A stretch of 64,000 nucleotides of DNA from an uncultured Pseudomonadota bacterium (GTDB lineage Bacteria; Pseudomonadota; Gammaproteobacteria; Methylococcales; Methylomonadaceae), in NCBI GenBank assembly GCA_903847275.1, contig CAINDC010000196.1, forward strand, positions 3,884 through 67,883, read 5' to 3'. The position numbers were made by a program, and so were the translations under genes. Below the pieces are notes generated by a model. That model had not been told where the DNA came from. It ran no database searches and worked only from the letters and a program-made list of their open reading frames with translations. Of the stretch, positions 15,101-22,923 are shown piece after piece. Numbering within the stretch: the first letter of the stretch is position 1; each line of letters starts with the position of its first letter.

Positions 15101-16613
15101 CAGCCGTGATACAGGTTTTTGTTGCTGCATCGAGTATTTGAGTCGATGAACAAATAGGAACATCATCTGGGCATTCTCTACCTGCTGCACCAATCGTAGA
15201 TTCTACGTCGTTTGGATGGGTTTCATGCCCCGTTGTTCCTGTTGGATTGATAATTGCCTTAACGTAATGTCTAAGCGAATTATCGAGAGAATTTTCAACG
15301 CCATCGCCATTTCTATCGCCAATGTCGCCTGTATGACAAAGCACTACGTCGCTAGGCAATGGTGATACGCAGGCAGTTAATGATAAGTTTAAAACTTGTG
15401 GCACATTACAAACAGGCGTAATGGTCAGCTCATTATTGGATTGATCAACTAATCCGCCTGTCCGAGTTGCAGATACTTCGTATGTTAGAACAGGTAAAAC
15501 GGTTGGGATAGTCAATGACCAATTTGCACCAGTCATCACTAAATTAGCATTGCCATTGCTATAAACTACGCCATTTACGGTGACAGAAAAAGTTTCCCCT
15601 ACCGCCAATGGACTTCCCGTTTGAATACCTGTCGCGCTAGTTGCTGTGACAATGCCACCAAGTGAGCCTGTAATAGTAGGTTTTGTATCAGAAGTGGTCA
15701 GCAAATTGACTGTTGGCGCAATAGTTTCAAACGGTGCAACACCTGATTCTTTAAAACCATCTTTAACAAAAACTGCCCCGTAAAACCGTACACCTGTATT
15801 CGCACAAGTTGAAACAGCACTACCTATGCCAGTAGGTGCTGTGCCATTGGCAAATTGCCCTAATGTTAATTTCAAACTTGTGACTGTATTAAACCGTGTT
15901 TGAACACGGCTTGAATCTGTAATATATAAACCTGCGTTACCAGCACAATTGGAATTAGAAAAACGAATTTTTCCATTAAGACCTGCACCTGCGACCATGT
16001 GCTGTACAAGATTGGTTTTATAATCACTAGCGAATACATAGGAAACAAAGCCACCGAATTCATTGTATTCAACATTTTCATCATCTAATGAATTGTTATA
16101 TACGTTTTGTAAAACAACGGCTTTTCCTGAAGTGTCTTGAAATGAAATAGTAAAATCAACGTGAGCATCAGCAGTATGTGAAACTGCGGTTAATTGCGGT
16201 GCAAATATTGCACCTTCTGGTACGACACCCCCAAACGATGTTACGTAATTAACGGTTGTGCCAGTTAATGTTCTTTGTGCAGGATTTTTCGGTGTTGGAT
16301 TAGGTTTTGGTTCATCGAATTTCGTTATTGTCATATTGACGATATTATCTACGCTCACAATAGCGTCAACTTGAGTTCCATTAACTGTAATGACGTTGGT
16401 ATATTTAAATTTCGCCCCGACTGAAGCTGTCCCCGCACCAGCTGCAACGGCTGTTCCCGCAATAAGTACAGGATCTGAAAAATTTAATAATCGTCCTTGT
16501 GTATCAAGTGCTGAAAAGGTAAAAGCCGTCGCATAATTCGGCGACAAAAAGGTCATCAACAAACTGATGATGAAAAATAAGAAATTTTTTTTAATGTTCA
16601 TGTTCATATTCAT
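9171..16613 (-). CDS. Giant secreted Ig-like-repeat adhesin; putative PilY1 substitute
   Basis: Sec signal (KKNFLFFIISLLMTFLSPNYATA); 17 Thr-rich ~85-aa repeats (PT[VI]...[IL][TS]G...W[ST]...G.Y.V.AT...EL.V); C-x12-C linkers; C-terminus RGQLNWKEVVK; stop codon overlaps the pilV start. Confidence 0.85.
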   Translation of the reverse strand: MNMNMNIKKNFLFFIISLLMTFLSPNYATAFTFSALDTQGRLLNFSDPVLIAGTAVAAGAGTASVGAKFKYTNVITVNGTQVDAIVSVDNIVNMTITKFDEPKPNPTPKNPAQRTLTGTTVNYVTSFGGVVPEGAIFAPQLTAVSHTADAHVDFTISFQDTSGKAVVLQNVYNNSLDDENVEYNEFGGFVSYVFASDYKTNLVQHMVAGAGLNGKIRFSNSNCAGNAGLYITDSSRVQTRFNTVTSLKLTLGQFANGTAPTGIGSAVSTCANTGVRFYGAVFVKDGFKESGVAPFETIAPTVNLLTTSDTKPTITGSLGGIVTATSATGIQTGSPLAVGETFSVTVNGVVYSNGNANLVMTGANWSLTIPTVLPVLTYEVSATRTGGLVDQSNNELTITPVCNVPQVLNLSLTACVSPLPSDVVLCHTGDIGDRNGDGVENSLDNSLRHYVKAIINPTGTTGHETHPNDVESTIGAAGRECPDDVPICSSTQILDAATKTCITAVRPTVNTAAASTLLAPALSGTVGTSSSITVTVKNAADSTTAASGTATISGTSWTYAPAILPIGIYDVVVTTNTGLTDATTNELTVTLACSASQIFNAQGTACITPSVPTINSTTTNDKIAASLSGTLGTSTSLTITVNGVSGAATVNLSAGTWSYTPAILPNGTYNVIATGNTGLVDTTTNELVVSATTVPTVTPITFNDKQIPTITGTTGTSTAITVSVNGVSGAATVTGSTWSYTLPTALAANTYPVTATGNIAGLIGTGTLTVTATVAPTVNTATSTTAVAPALSGTVGTSTSLTVTVNGLSGAATINSVAGTWTYTPAVITTAGTYNVVVTGDSAHGSLVDTSLNELTVTQAAVNPTVDPNQKATTTATQTITGTFGTSTTLTITAKNSVTNVIYPINTATKSGVATTWSVTTPNKLPAGTYDVIVTGETGLVDGTSNELVVSETVVPTVDAVSTTTSVAPTLTGTLGSSTSLIITVKNSAGATMATSSTITPSGTTWSYTPAILTTAGTYNVTATGDSAHGNLVDISINELTVSIATTVPTVDAGKTATDITKPTLTGNVGTSASVTIAINDSTTGATYATSSGSINYNGNSSNKTWSFQLNNPIPAGTYNVVATGDTGLVDTTTEELVVSGSQTGKACTVVTYPLPSPLPTGNAYLAQDTSSSSSCSGGNKQSIKICRFSNGVQDTAVAVRTKCLADGSYTPNGFDTIWVSQDSNCPATAVTCKTKPTVTAKSIDDQTVVTLNGTADSDATSMTIVIKDSNGNTQSISGTATSKSSGSTTWTFTSTTKLPVGVYSVTATDSYGVVDQTINELTVTKFCASPATVNAAGTACESLPTIDPNQTATDTVAPTITGTFGTSTSVTITAKHSTTNVTYAIGTATKSGSATTWSVTRSPATAIPSGMYDVIATGTSGTGSNTVTLVDNTTGELSVSAKPTVDYPKTFTDKQIPTLTGTAGTSTSLTITIKTPPPIVSGTITPAADGKWSYTPSAVIAVAGIYDVEAKGNTGLVDITTQELTVTQSAVNPTIVCPATVTDAGIPTITGTFGTGSPLTITVKDSSGVQKATGTKTNSGTTTTTAWSFDSVVLPIAGTYTATATGVPTTLTASCTFPVTQTPIAPTVLAATTTDLAPAHLSGTLGTSTSITGVTIGSTGISCPVVIDLAAKTWTCTTSAAIATAGNYTVTATGVSGSGTGTLTVTASAVPTVNTKTTLDKIAPALSGNAGASTSLTITIKSTPEVTGAATITGSTWTFTPSTPIAAGTYDVVALGNSGLVDATPNELTVTTCTIPEVYNAAGDACITPVPTVMSLNTNSSTPIITGTVGVVALGATESFSVLVNNKTYTKSAVATNPLVVNALNWTLTIPATDVIPAGTHEVEATRNTSKDITHNELVVNLVCTTPEIINSAHTACITPAVPTVNIATTTDKIAAALSGNVGTSTSLVINVNDATGATQATGNAIITGTTWTFAPSVLPAGIYNVVATGDTGLIDATTSELKVTATCSLPKVANAAGTVCVYPTPTVNPIATLTKAQQPITLSGSIGGTTLGGSESFTVTVGGVTYTQSTIVVSGTTWSLQLPILNAGTYDVDVSRSGVLDETSKELVITDKIDICNGGTDQSIERSAWVDWQHDENYYLGKCHAPVCHDPKIPADAADCTAPLPKNPVQACQDSLNPANDPLCPRIPDALVEEAVTLPLPPEVTYCYDDTGAVTGVKSDASVTTSVTIKRARIANASTQDGTFDNSTLVNTVVKYGTKQQGALVIEPYTDSNGAPITPVITKGKVVGAKITGAVIAGAYIDIPNDYIDDKTQNTKLSCLEANGSLKLSCFIKVTGGITNPTSIKEGSATPVPATITNGMITSGTDSDGNPVRGSVTSGQFDKPITNSDTTITQGRRVKGQLMNAIIENATTTTVSGVTVVSAGNVISGEMDPETTATTFGTVTNATISGVKISSTNHCFSSGTVGSRGQLNWKEVVK

Positions 16614-16778
16614 ATTGATGTACCTTTACGACTTAAATTTAAAACGACTTATTTTTTGAGATTAACATTTCACAATTAAGGTGTTAAACATCTACGCCTC
16701 CAATCTCACAAAACTTTATAATGGCGCGATTATAAGCTCGTTATTTAACGTCTGCCATTTTTTTAAAGAACAAAACAA

Positions 16779-17612
16779 ATGACTCAAATTTATGATTTAC
16801 ATTGCCACTCCACCGCGTCAGATGGTGCATTATCACCGACAGCGTTGATTAAACGTGCTGCGGAAAATGCCATTTCGATGTTAGCTCTTACCGATCACGA
16901 TACCGTTGCGGGACTTACTGAAGCTAAAAAGTGCGCCGATGAATTAAACATTAATTTCATCAACGGCATTGAAATTTCAGCACAATGGGAAAAAATCGGT
17001 GTGCATATTGTGGGTTTAAATATAGATCCACAACACGACGCATTACAAAAATTAATGGCTGAACTTCATATTATGCGAATCGAACGCGCCGAAAAAATTG
17101 CTCAAAAACTCGCTAAAAAAGGCATTCCTGACGCACTCGAATTTGTTCAAAAAACAGTTACCAACGAAACGATTACGCGTGTTCATTTTGCCAATTTTCT
17201 GGTGTCACAAGCATACGTTTCAACAGTTTCAGAAGCGTTTGACCGTTATTTGGGTGATGGAAAATCAGCCTATGTTTCAACAACATGGACACCGTTAGAA
17301 AATGCAATTCAAGCGATTCGTGATGCGGGAGGCATTCCAATTGTCGCTCATCCATTGCGCTATAAATTAACTGCGACCCGTATGAAAAAATTGCTGGGCG
17401 CGTTTAAAAATGCAGGCGGTTTAGCGATTGAAGTCGTTACAGGGCGTTACAATCCTGATGAAATGCGAATTTTGGCAAATTACGCGAATCAGTTTGAATT
17501 GGCAGCTTCCGTGGGTTCTGACTTTCATAGTCCCGAAAATGTATGGATTGAACTTGGGCGCGTTGCCCCGCTGCCAAATAATGTCAAACCCGTTTGGGAA
17601 TTGTGGCAATGA
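16779..17612 (+). CDS. PHP-domain phosphoesterase (YciV/TrpH family)
   Basis: DLHCHSTASDG, LTDHD, AHP, GSDFH. Confidence 0.93.
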   Translation: MTQIYDLHCHSTASDGALSPTALIKRAAENAISMLALTDHDTVAGLTEAKKCADELNINFINGIEISAQWEKIGVHIVGLNIDPQHDALQKLMAELHIMRIERAEKIAQKLAKKGIPDALEFVQKTVTNETITRVHFANFLVSQAYVSTVSEAFDRYLGDGKSAYVSTTWTPLENAIQAIRDAGGIPIVAHPLRYKLTATRMKKLLGAFKNAGGLAIEVVTGRYNPDEMRILANYANQFELAASVGSDFHSPENVWIELGRVAPLPNNVKPVWELWQ

Positions 17613-18049
17613 ATCGTTTTTGGGAAACAAAAACATTAGCGGAAATGAGTCGTGCCGAATGGGAATCGTTGTGTGATGGTTGCGGACGTTGTTGCTTACA
17701 CAAATTAGAAGACGAAGACACAGGTGACATATATATCACCAGCGTAGCGTGTAAATTGTTGGATTTAAAAACCTGTCGCTGTACAAATTACACTGAACGC
17801 ACGCGACTTGTACCCGATTGTTTAGAGCTTTATTCGGTTGGTTTCGAGCAATATCAATGGTTGCCAAAAACGTGTGCGTATCGTTTATTAAATGACGGTA
17901 AAAAATTACCAACATGGCATCCGTTGATTTCAAAACGTGAAAATAGCGTGAAAAAAGCAGGAATTACGGTGAACCGTTACGCGATTTCAGAAACAACAGT
18001 GAAAGATGTGAATGATTTGGAAGATTACGTTTTGGAATTGCAATCTTAA
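17609..18049 (+). CDS. YcgN family cysteine-cluster protein
   Basis: EWESLCDGCGRCCL, WLPKTCAYR; start at ATG 17609 overlapping the upstream stop (ATGA). Confidence 0.92.
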   Translation: MNRFWETKTLAEMSRAEWESLCDGCGRCCLHKLEDEDTGDIYITSVACKLLDLKTCRCTNYTERTRLVPDCLELYSVGFEQYQWLPKTCAYRLLNDGKKLPTWHPLISKRENSVKKAGITVNRYAISETTVKDVNDLEDYVLELQS

Positions 18050-18054
18050 AATGC

Positions 18055-18092
18055 AAAAAAGGTTGCGAACTAAAAGCTCGCAACCCTTTTTT
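18055..18092. terminator. Bidirectional terminator between ycgN-like gene and pnp
   Basis: AAAAAAGGTTGCGA...TCGCAACCCTTTTTT. Confidence 0.8.
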
Positions 18093-18104
18093 ATGTGAAT
18101 CGAA

Positions 18105-20201
18105 TTAAGCAGCTGGTAGCTCTGCTGCGTCTTTAATCGCTTCTTTGATACTCAAACGCACACGACCTTGTTTATCAATTTCTAACACTTTGACTTTTAC
18201 AACGTCGCCTTCGTTCAAACGATCGCTAACTTTTTCGACGCGTTCATCTGAGATTTGAGAAATGTGAACTAAACCGTCTTTGCCTGGCATGATTGCAACA
18301 AATGCACCGAAATCCATTAAGCGAATTACTTTGCCTTCGTAGATTTTTCCGACTTCAACTTCAGCCGTAATTTCTTCGATTAAACGTTTTGCTTCTTCGC
18401 CAGCCGCTTTATCAACCGAGGCAACTTTTACAACACCATCATCAGTCAAATCAACTGCCGCGCCAGTTTGCTCAACGATACTACGAATCGTTGCACCACC
18501 TTTGCCAATCACTTCGCGGATTTTACTTGGATCGATTTTGAACGTGATAATGCGTGGCGCGAAATCGGACATTTCAGAACGTGAAACCGCTAATGCTTTA
18601 TTCATTTCGTCTAAAATATGTAACCGTCCTGCTTTCGCTTGTGCAAGCGCAGTTTTCATAATTTCAGCGGTAATACCTTGGATTTTAATGTCCATTTGCA
18701 ACGCGGTAATGCCTTCGGCAGAACCCGCCACTTTGAAATCCATGTCGCCCAAATGATCTTCGTCGCCCAAAATATCAGAAATTACCGCGAAACGGTCGCC
18801 TTCTTTAATCAAGCCCATCGCAATGCCAGCCACTGGCGCAGATAACGGAACACCAGCATCCATCAACGCTAAACTGCTGCCGCAAACCGAAGCCATTGAA
18901 CTTGAACCATTTGATTCGGTGATTTCAGACACCACGCGAATCGAATATGGAAATTCTTCCATATTCGGCAATACAGCTAAAATGCCACGTTTTGCCAAAC
19001 GTCCATGACCAATTTCACGACGTTTTGGTGAGCCAACAAAACCTGTTTCACCTACACTGTACGGAGGGAAATTGTAATGCAGCATAAACGGTTCTTTGTA
19101 TTCGCCCGCCAATGCGTCGATGATTTGTGCATCGCGTGCCGTGCCTAACGTTGCCACAACTAAGGCTTGCGTTTCGCCGCGTGTAAATAACGCTGAACCA
19201 TGGGTGCGAGGCAAAACACCCGTGCGAATGCTGATTTTACGCACTTTATCGAGCGGACGACCATCGATACGCTGACCTTCATTTAAAATCGCGCCACGAA
19301 CAACGTCATATTCTAACTGTTCGATTACGCCTTTAATTTCACGTTCTTCATAAGCTTCATCAGCGGTTAATTTTTCAATTAACGCGGTGCGAACTTCTTT
19401 AAGTTTTTCTTGGCGAACTAATTTTTCAGGAATTAAATAAGCGGCTTTAACGTCAGCTTCAATCGCGCCAACTAAACGATTTAGTTCATGATTCGCTTCA
19501 GGTGCAACCCATTCAACCGTTCCACAACCTGCCATTTCAGCAAATTCGTTAATTGCGTTAATCGCGGTTTGCATTTGTTCATGACCAAATAACACCGCGC
19601 CCAGCATGATTTCTTCAGACAATGATTTTGCTTCGGATTCCACCATTAAAACTGCGTGTGCTGTACCCGCAACCACTAATGTTAAATCGGATTCTTTTAA
19701 AATTTCAGGCGATACGTTCAGTAAATACTGACCGTCTTTGTAACCGATTCGAGCTGCACCGATGGGACCATTGAACGGCAACCCTGAAATGGATAAAGCG
19801 GCTGATGCACCCAATAACGCAACAACTTCTGTGTCCACTTCTGGATTTAACGATACCACCGTGGCAATAATTTGCACTTCGTTGGTATAGCCTTCTGGAA
19901 ATAAAGGGCGAATCGGGCGATCGATTAAGCGAGAAATTAAAGTTTCTTGTTCAGACGGACGACCTTCACGTTTGAAAAATCCACCTGGAATTTTGCCAGC
20001 CGCGTAGGCTTTTTCTTGGTAATTTACGGTTAACGGGAAAAAGTCACCGCCCGCCGCCGATTTTTTGCCTACCACTGTGACTAAAATAGACGTACCGTCA
20101 ATATCAATCATTACTGCGCCGTCAGCTTGGCGAGCAATTTCGCCAGTTTCGAGGATAACTTTTTGATTGCCGTACTGAAATTCTTTCCTAATAGGATTCA
20201 C
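18105..20201 (-). CDS. pnp: Polyribonucleotide nucleotidyltransferase
   Basis: [29 protein letters not shown] and S1 domains. Confidence 0.99.
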   Translation of the reverse strand: MNPIRKEFQYGNQKVILETGEIARQADGAVMIDIDGTSILVTVVGKKSAAGGDFFPLTVNYQEKAYAAGKIPGGFFKREGRPSEQETLISRLIDRPIRPLFPEGYTNEVQIIATVVSLNPEVDTEVVALLGASAALSISGLPFNGPIGAARIGYKDGQYLLNVSPEILKESDLTLVVAGTAHAVLMVESEAKSLSEEIMLGAVLFGHEQMQTAINAINEFAEMAGCGTVEWVAPEANHELNRLVGAIEADVKAAYLIPEKLVRQEKLKEVRTALIEKLTADEAYEEREIKGVIEQLEYDVVRGAILNEGQRIDGRPLDKVRKISIRTGVLPRTHGSALFTRGETQALVVATLGTARDAQIIDALAGEYKEPFMLHYNFPPYSVGETGFVGSPKRREIGHGRLAKRGILAVLPNMEEFPYSIRVVSEITESNGSSSMASVCGSSLALMDAGVPLSAPVAGIAMGLIKEGDRFAVISDILGDEDHLGDMDFKVAGSAEGITALQMDIKIQGITAEIMKTALAQAKAGRLHILDEMNKALAVSRSEMSDFAPRIITFKIDPSKIREVIGKGGATIRSIVEQTGAAVDLTDDGVVKVASVDKAAGEEAKRLIEEITAEVEVGKIYEGKVIRLMDFGAFVAIMPGKDGLVHISQISDERVEKVSDRLNEGDVVKVKVLEIDKQGRVRLSIKEAIKDAAELPAA

Positions 20202-20260
20202 TATGAGGGTTCCTTTGTTTGAAGGGTGTTTTAAAAATAAGTTTGTTTTTAGCTAAAGCA

Positions 20261-20285
20261 AAAACGGCACAGAATGTGCCGTTTT
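20261..20285 (-). terminator. Hairpin/terminator after rpsO
   Basis: AAAACGGCACA-gaa-TGTGCCGTTTT stem. Confidence 0.75.
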
Positions 20286-20298
20286 CTAAGTGGTTTTT

Positions 20299-20568
20299 TT
20301 ATTTACGCAACCCTAAGCGTCCGATTAACGTGCGGTAACGTTCGCCATCTTTATTCTTCAAATAATCCAACAATTTGCGACGTTGATTAACCATGCGTAA
20401 TAAACCACGACGTGAATGGTTATCTTTTTTGTGCGTTGCAAAATGTGGAGCTAAATGTTGAATGTGAGCCGTCAATAAGGCAACTTGAACTTCTGGTGAA
20501 CCTGTGTCACTTTCTGATTGACGATAGGCTTCAACGACGGCTTTTTTTTGTTCTGCTGTAAATGGCAT
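20299..20568 (-). CDS. rpsO: 30S ribosomal protein S15
   Basis: [23 protein letters not shown]. Confidence 0.99.
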   Translation of the reverse strand: MPFTAEQKKAVVEAYRQSESDTGSPEVQVALLTAHIQHLAPHFATHKKDNHSRRGLLRMVNQRRKLLDYLKNKDGERYRTLIGRLGLRK

Positions 20569-20634
20569 TTCGGATAAATCCCTAAAATTAATAAAATGAA
20601 AGTTTCCACGTTTAGGGTGTAGAAACTTGAAATG

Positions 20635-21540
20635 TTACTCGTTCAAATTGAACAATCTAACGACCGTTATCTTATCATTTAATCCAATTTCACCCAAACC
20701 TAAAAACAAATTTTCTGCATATAAACGGACATTCTGTTTGCTTTCATTAGTTTTAAAATCAATCGCTTGACCGTGACAAATAGCTAGTTTTTGTTCAGGT
20801 GATAAATGAATCGCTAATAAGTTTTCTAACGGTTTATCAACCGCCATCAAACTCGTGTGTAATTCGTCCGAAGTCATCGTAGCGAGTTGCTCAATCGTTT
20901 TCGCTTCATGCAAATGAAACTGTCCCGCTTGCGTTCTTCGTAACGCCGTTACTGTTCCGCCGCAACCCAAACCATGTCCAATATCTTCGGCGAGTGAGCG
21001 AATATAAGTCCCTTTTGAACAGGCAACGTCTAAGGTCAACGTTTCAGGTGTGAATTCGAGCAAGTTTATTTCATAAATTGTGATGTTTCGCGGTTCTCGT
21101 TCAATCGTAATGCCGTCACGCGCCAATTCGTATAGTTTTTTGCCGTTATGTTTTAATGCAGAATACATCGGTGGCACTTGCGCTTGTGCGCCAGTGAATT
21201 TCGACAAACAGGTTTGAATTTGCTCACTTGACAACGTCGGCACAGGTTTAGTTTCGATAACTTGCCCTTCCGCATCACCTGTATCAGTCATGATGCCAAG
21301 TTTGATTGTGACTTGATAACGCTTGTCATCATCGAGCATCAAGGCTGAAACTTTGGTCGCTTCGCCAAAACACAGCGGTAATAAACCCGTTGCGAGAGGA
21401 TCTAAACTGCCCGTGTGTCCTGCTTTATTGGCATTAAATAAACGTCGAACTTCTTGCAATGCTTTATTTGATGAAATGCCTAAACGCTTATCCAACAAAA
21501 TAATGCCATGAACATTTAACCCTGATTTGCGCTTACTCAC
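20635..21540 (-). CDS. truB: tRNA pseudouridine(55) synthase
   Basis: KAGHTGSLDPLATG, CSKGTYIRSL. Confidence 0.98.
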   Translation of the reverse strand: MSKRKSGLNVHGIILLDKRLGISSNKALQEVRRLFNANKAGHTGSLDPLATGLLPLCFGEATKVSALMLDDDKRYQVTIKLGIMTDTGDAEGQVIETKPVPTLSSEQIQTCLSKFTGAQAQVPPMYSALKHNGKKLYELARDGITIEREPRNITIYEINLLEFTPETLTLDVACSKGTYIRSLAEDIGHGLGCGGTVTALRRTQAGQFHLHEAKTIEQLATMTSDELHTSLMAVDKPLENLLAIHLSPEQKLAICHGQAIDFKTNESKQNVRLYAENLFLGLGEIGLNDKITVVRLFNLNE

Positions 21541-22235
21541 TTTTCACCTCCAAAACTTAACACTGCACCGCCGTCGTTAGTCCAATCTGACAACACAAAA
21601 CGCTGTGCTTTTTGACCATTTAACATGAATTCATGTTTAGCTGGTCGGTGGATATGACCGTGAATTAAACGGGTGCATTGATGTTGCTGCATGATGTTTT
21701 CGATGGTCGTTTGATTCACGTCCATCATGTAATCCGATTTTTGTTGTTTATGCCAAAAACTACGAATTCGATACCAACGCGCAACACACAAGCGCAACCA
21801 TAATGGTTTTGAAAGTACATTTTGTTGCCATTCCGATGTGCGCGATTTGGTACGAAAAGTTTGATACGGAACATCATCGCTGCACAATAAATCACCATGC
21901 GTTAATAATGTGCGCTCACCTTCTAAATCAATCACTGCGTAATCATCCAACAAAATCACGCCTGTTCCACGGGCAAATCGTTCGCCAATTAAAAAATCAC
22001 GATTGCCGCGTTGTAAATAAACCATCACACCTGAATCAGTTAATCGTTTTAGTTCTCGACGAATTTTAGCGTTCGGTGCCGTAAAATCATCATCGCCGAC
22101 CCACGCATCAAATAAATCACCCAAAATATAAACCGTGCGGGCTTCGCGTGCTTTTGTTCTTAAAAAATGGACGAAATGGCGCGTGATTTTAGGTTTATCA
22201 AACGATAAATGTAGGTCAGAAATGAATAAAATCAT
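21537..22235 (-). CDS. lpxH: UDP-2,3-diacylglucosamine hydrolase
   Basis: FISDLHL, LGDLFDAWVGDD, GNRDF, HGD, IHGHIHRP. Confidence 0.96.
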   Translation of the reverse strand: MILFISDLHLSFDKPKITRHFVHFLRTKAREARTVYILGDLFDAWVGDDDFTAPNAKIRRELKRLTDSGVMVYLQRGNRDFLIGERFARGTGVILLDDYAVIDLEGERTLLTHGDLLCSDDVPYQTFRTKSRTSEWQQNVLSKPLWLRLCVARWYRIRSFWHKQQKSDYMMDVNQTTIENIMQQHQCTRLIHGHIHRPAKHEFMLNGQKAQRFVLSDWTNDGGAVLSFGGEK

Positions 22236-22810
22236 TATTCGATGATTTCAGCTTTTTCAATCACGATGTCAGTTTTTGGAACGTCTTGATGTCCTGCACG
22301 GGTTCCAGTCGGTTCAGCTGCCATTTTATCTACAATGTCAATGCCTTCAATGACTTCTGCAAATACCGCATAACCCCAACCGCTGGCATTTTTACCTGTG
22401 TGATTTAAAAAATCGTTGTCTTTGTAATTGATAAAAAATTGCGCGGTTGCAGAGTTTGGAACATTGGTACGCGCCATTGCAATTGAACCGCGTGTATTTT
22501 TCAAACCGTTATCGGCTTCATTTTCAATCGGCGCGTGAACTTCTTTTTGGTTAAAGCTAGTATCGAAACCACCACCTTGCGCCATAAATCCTTTAATCAC
22601 ACGGTGAAAAATGGTGCCGTTATAAAAGCCTTCTTTTACATAGGTTAAGAAATTTGCAGAACTAATTGGTGCTTTTTCTGAATTGAGTTGAATCGTGATG
22701 TCGCCCATTGACGTGGTGAGTTTAACTTTTTGGTGAGTCATTTTATTTTCCGTGGCAAAAGCCGTTGTTGTCGTGAAAAGAAACAACATCGAGAGTAATA
22801 AGTTACGCAT
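22235..22810 (-). CDS. Cyclophilin-type peptidyl-prolyl isomerase (with signal peptide)
   Basis: FHRVIKGFMAQGGG, AMART, QFFIN; position next to lpxH and cysS as for ppiB. Confidence 0.95.
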   Translation of the reverse strand: MRNLLLSMLFLFTTTTAFATENKMTHQKVKLTTSMGDITIQLNSEKAPISSANFLTYVKEGFYNGTIFHRVIKGFMAQGGGFDTSFNQKEVHAPIENEADNGLKNTRGSIAMARTNVPNSATAQFFINYKDNDFLNHTGKNASGWGYAVFAEVIEGIDIVDKMAAEPTGTRAGHQDVPKTDIVIEKAEIIE

Positions 22811-22923
22811 TTGTTTCCTTGAGAATGTTTTAAGAGCGTGAATTTTAGGCGTTTTTAACTTGAAATAGAAGTATCGACTTGTTAAATTGCCTTATCTTTA
22901 CACATTTACTTGGTTTAAACAGA

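Noticed and set aside
9436..15141. Many Val/Pro-rich plus-strand ORFs opposite the giant gene
   Set aside because: Antisense artefacts of Thr/Gly-rich repeat codons.
10280..15720. Repeat array as CRISPR or DGR template/variable repeats
   Set aside because: Repeats are degenerate, in-frame protein domains; no spacers, cas genes or reverse transcriptase.
9171..16613. Giant protein as canonical PilY1, RTX/T1SS substrate or autotransporter
   Set aside because: No propeller/vWA pattern, no GGxGxD repeats, no C-terminal barrel; it has a Sec signal and many Cys.
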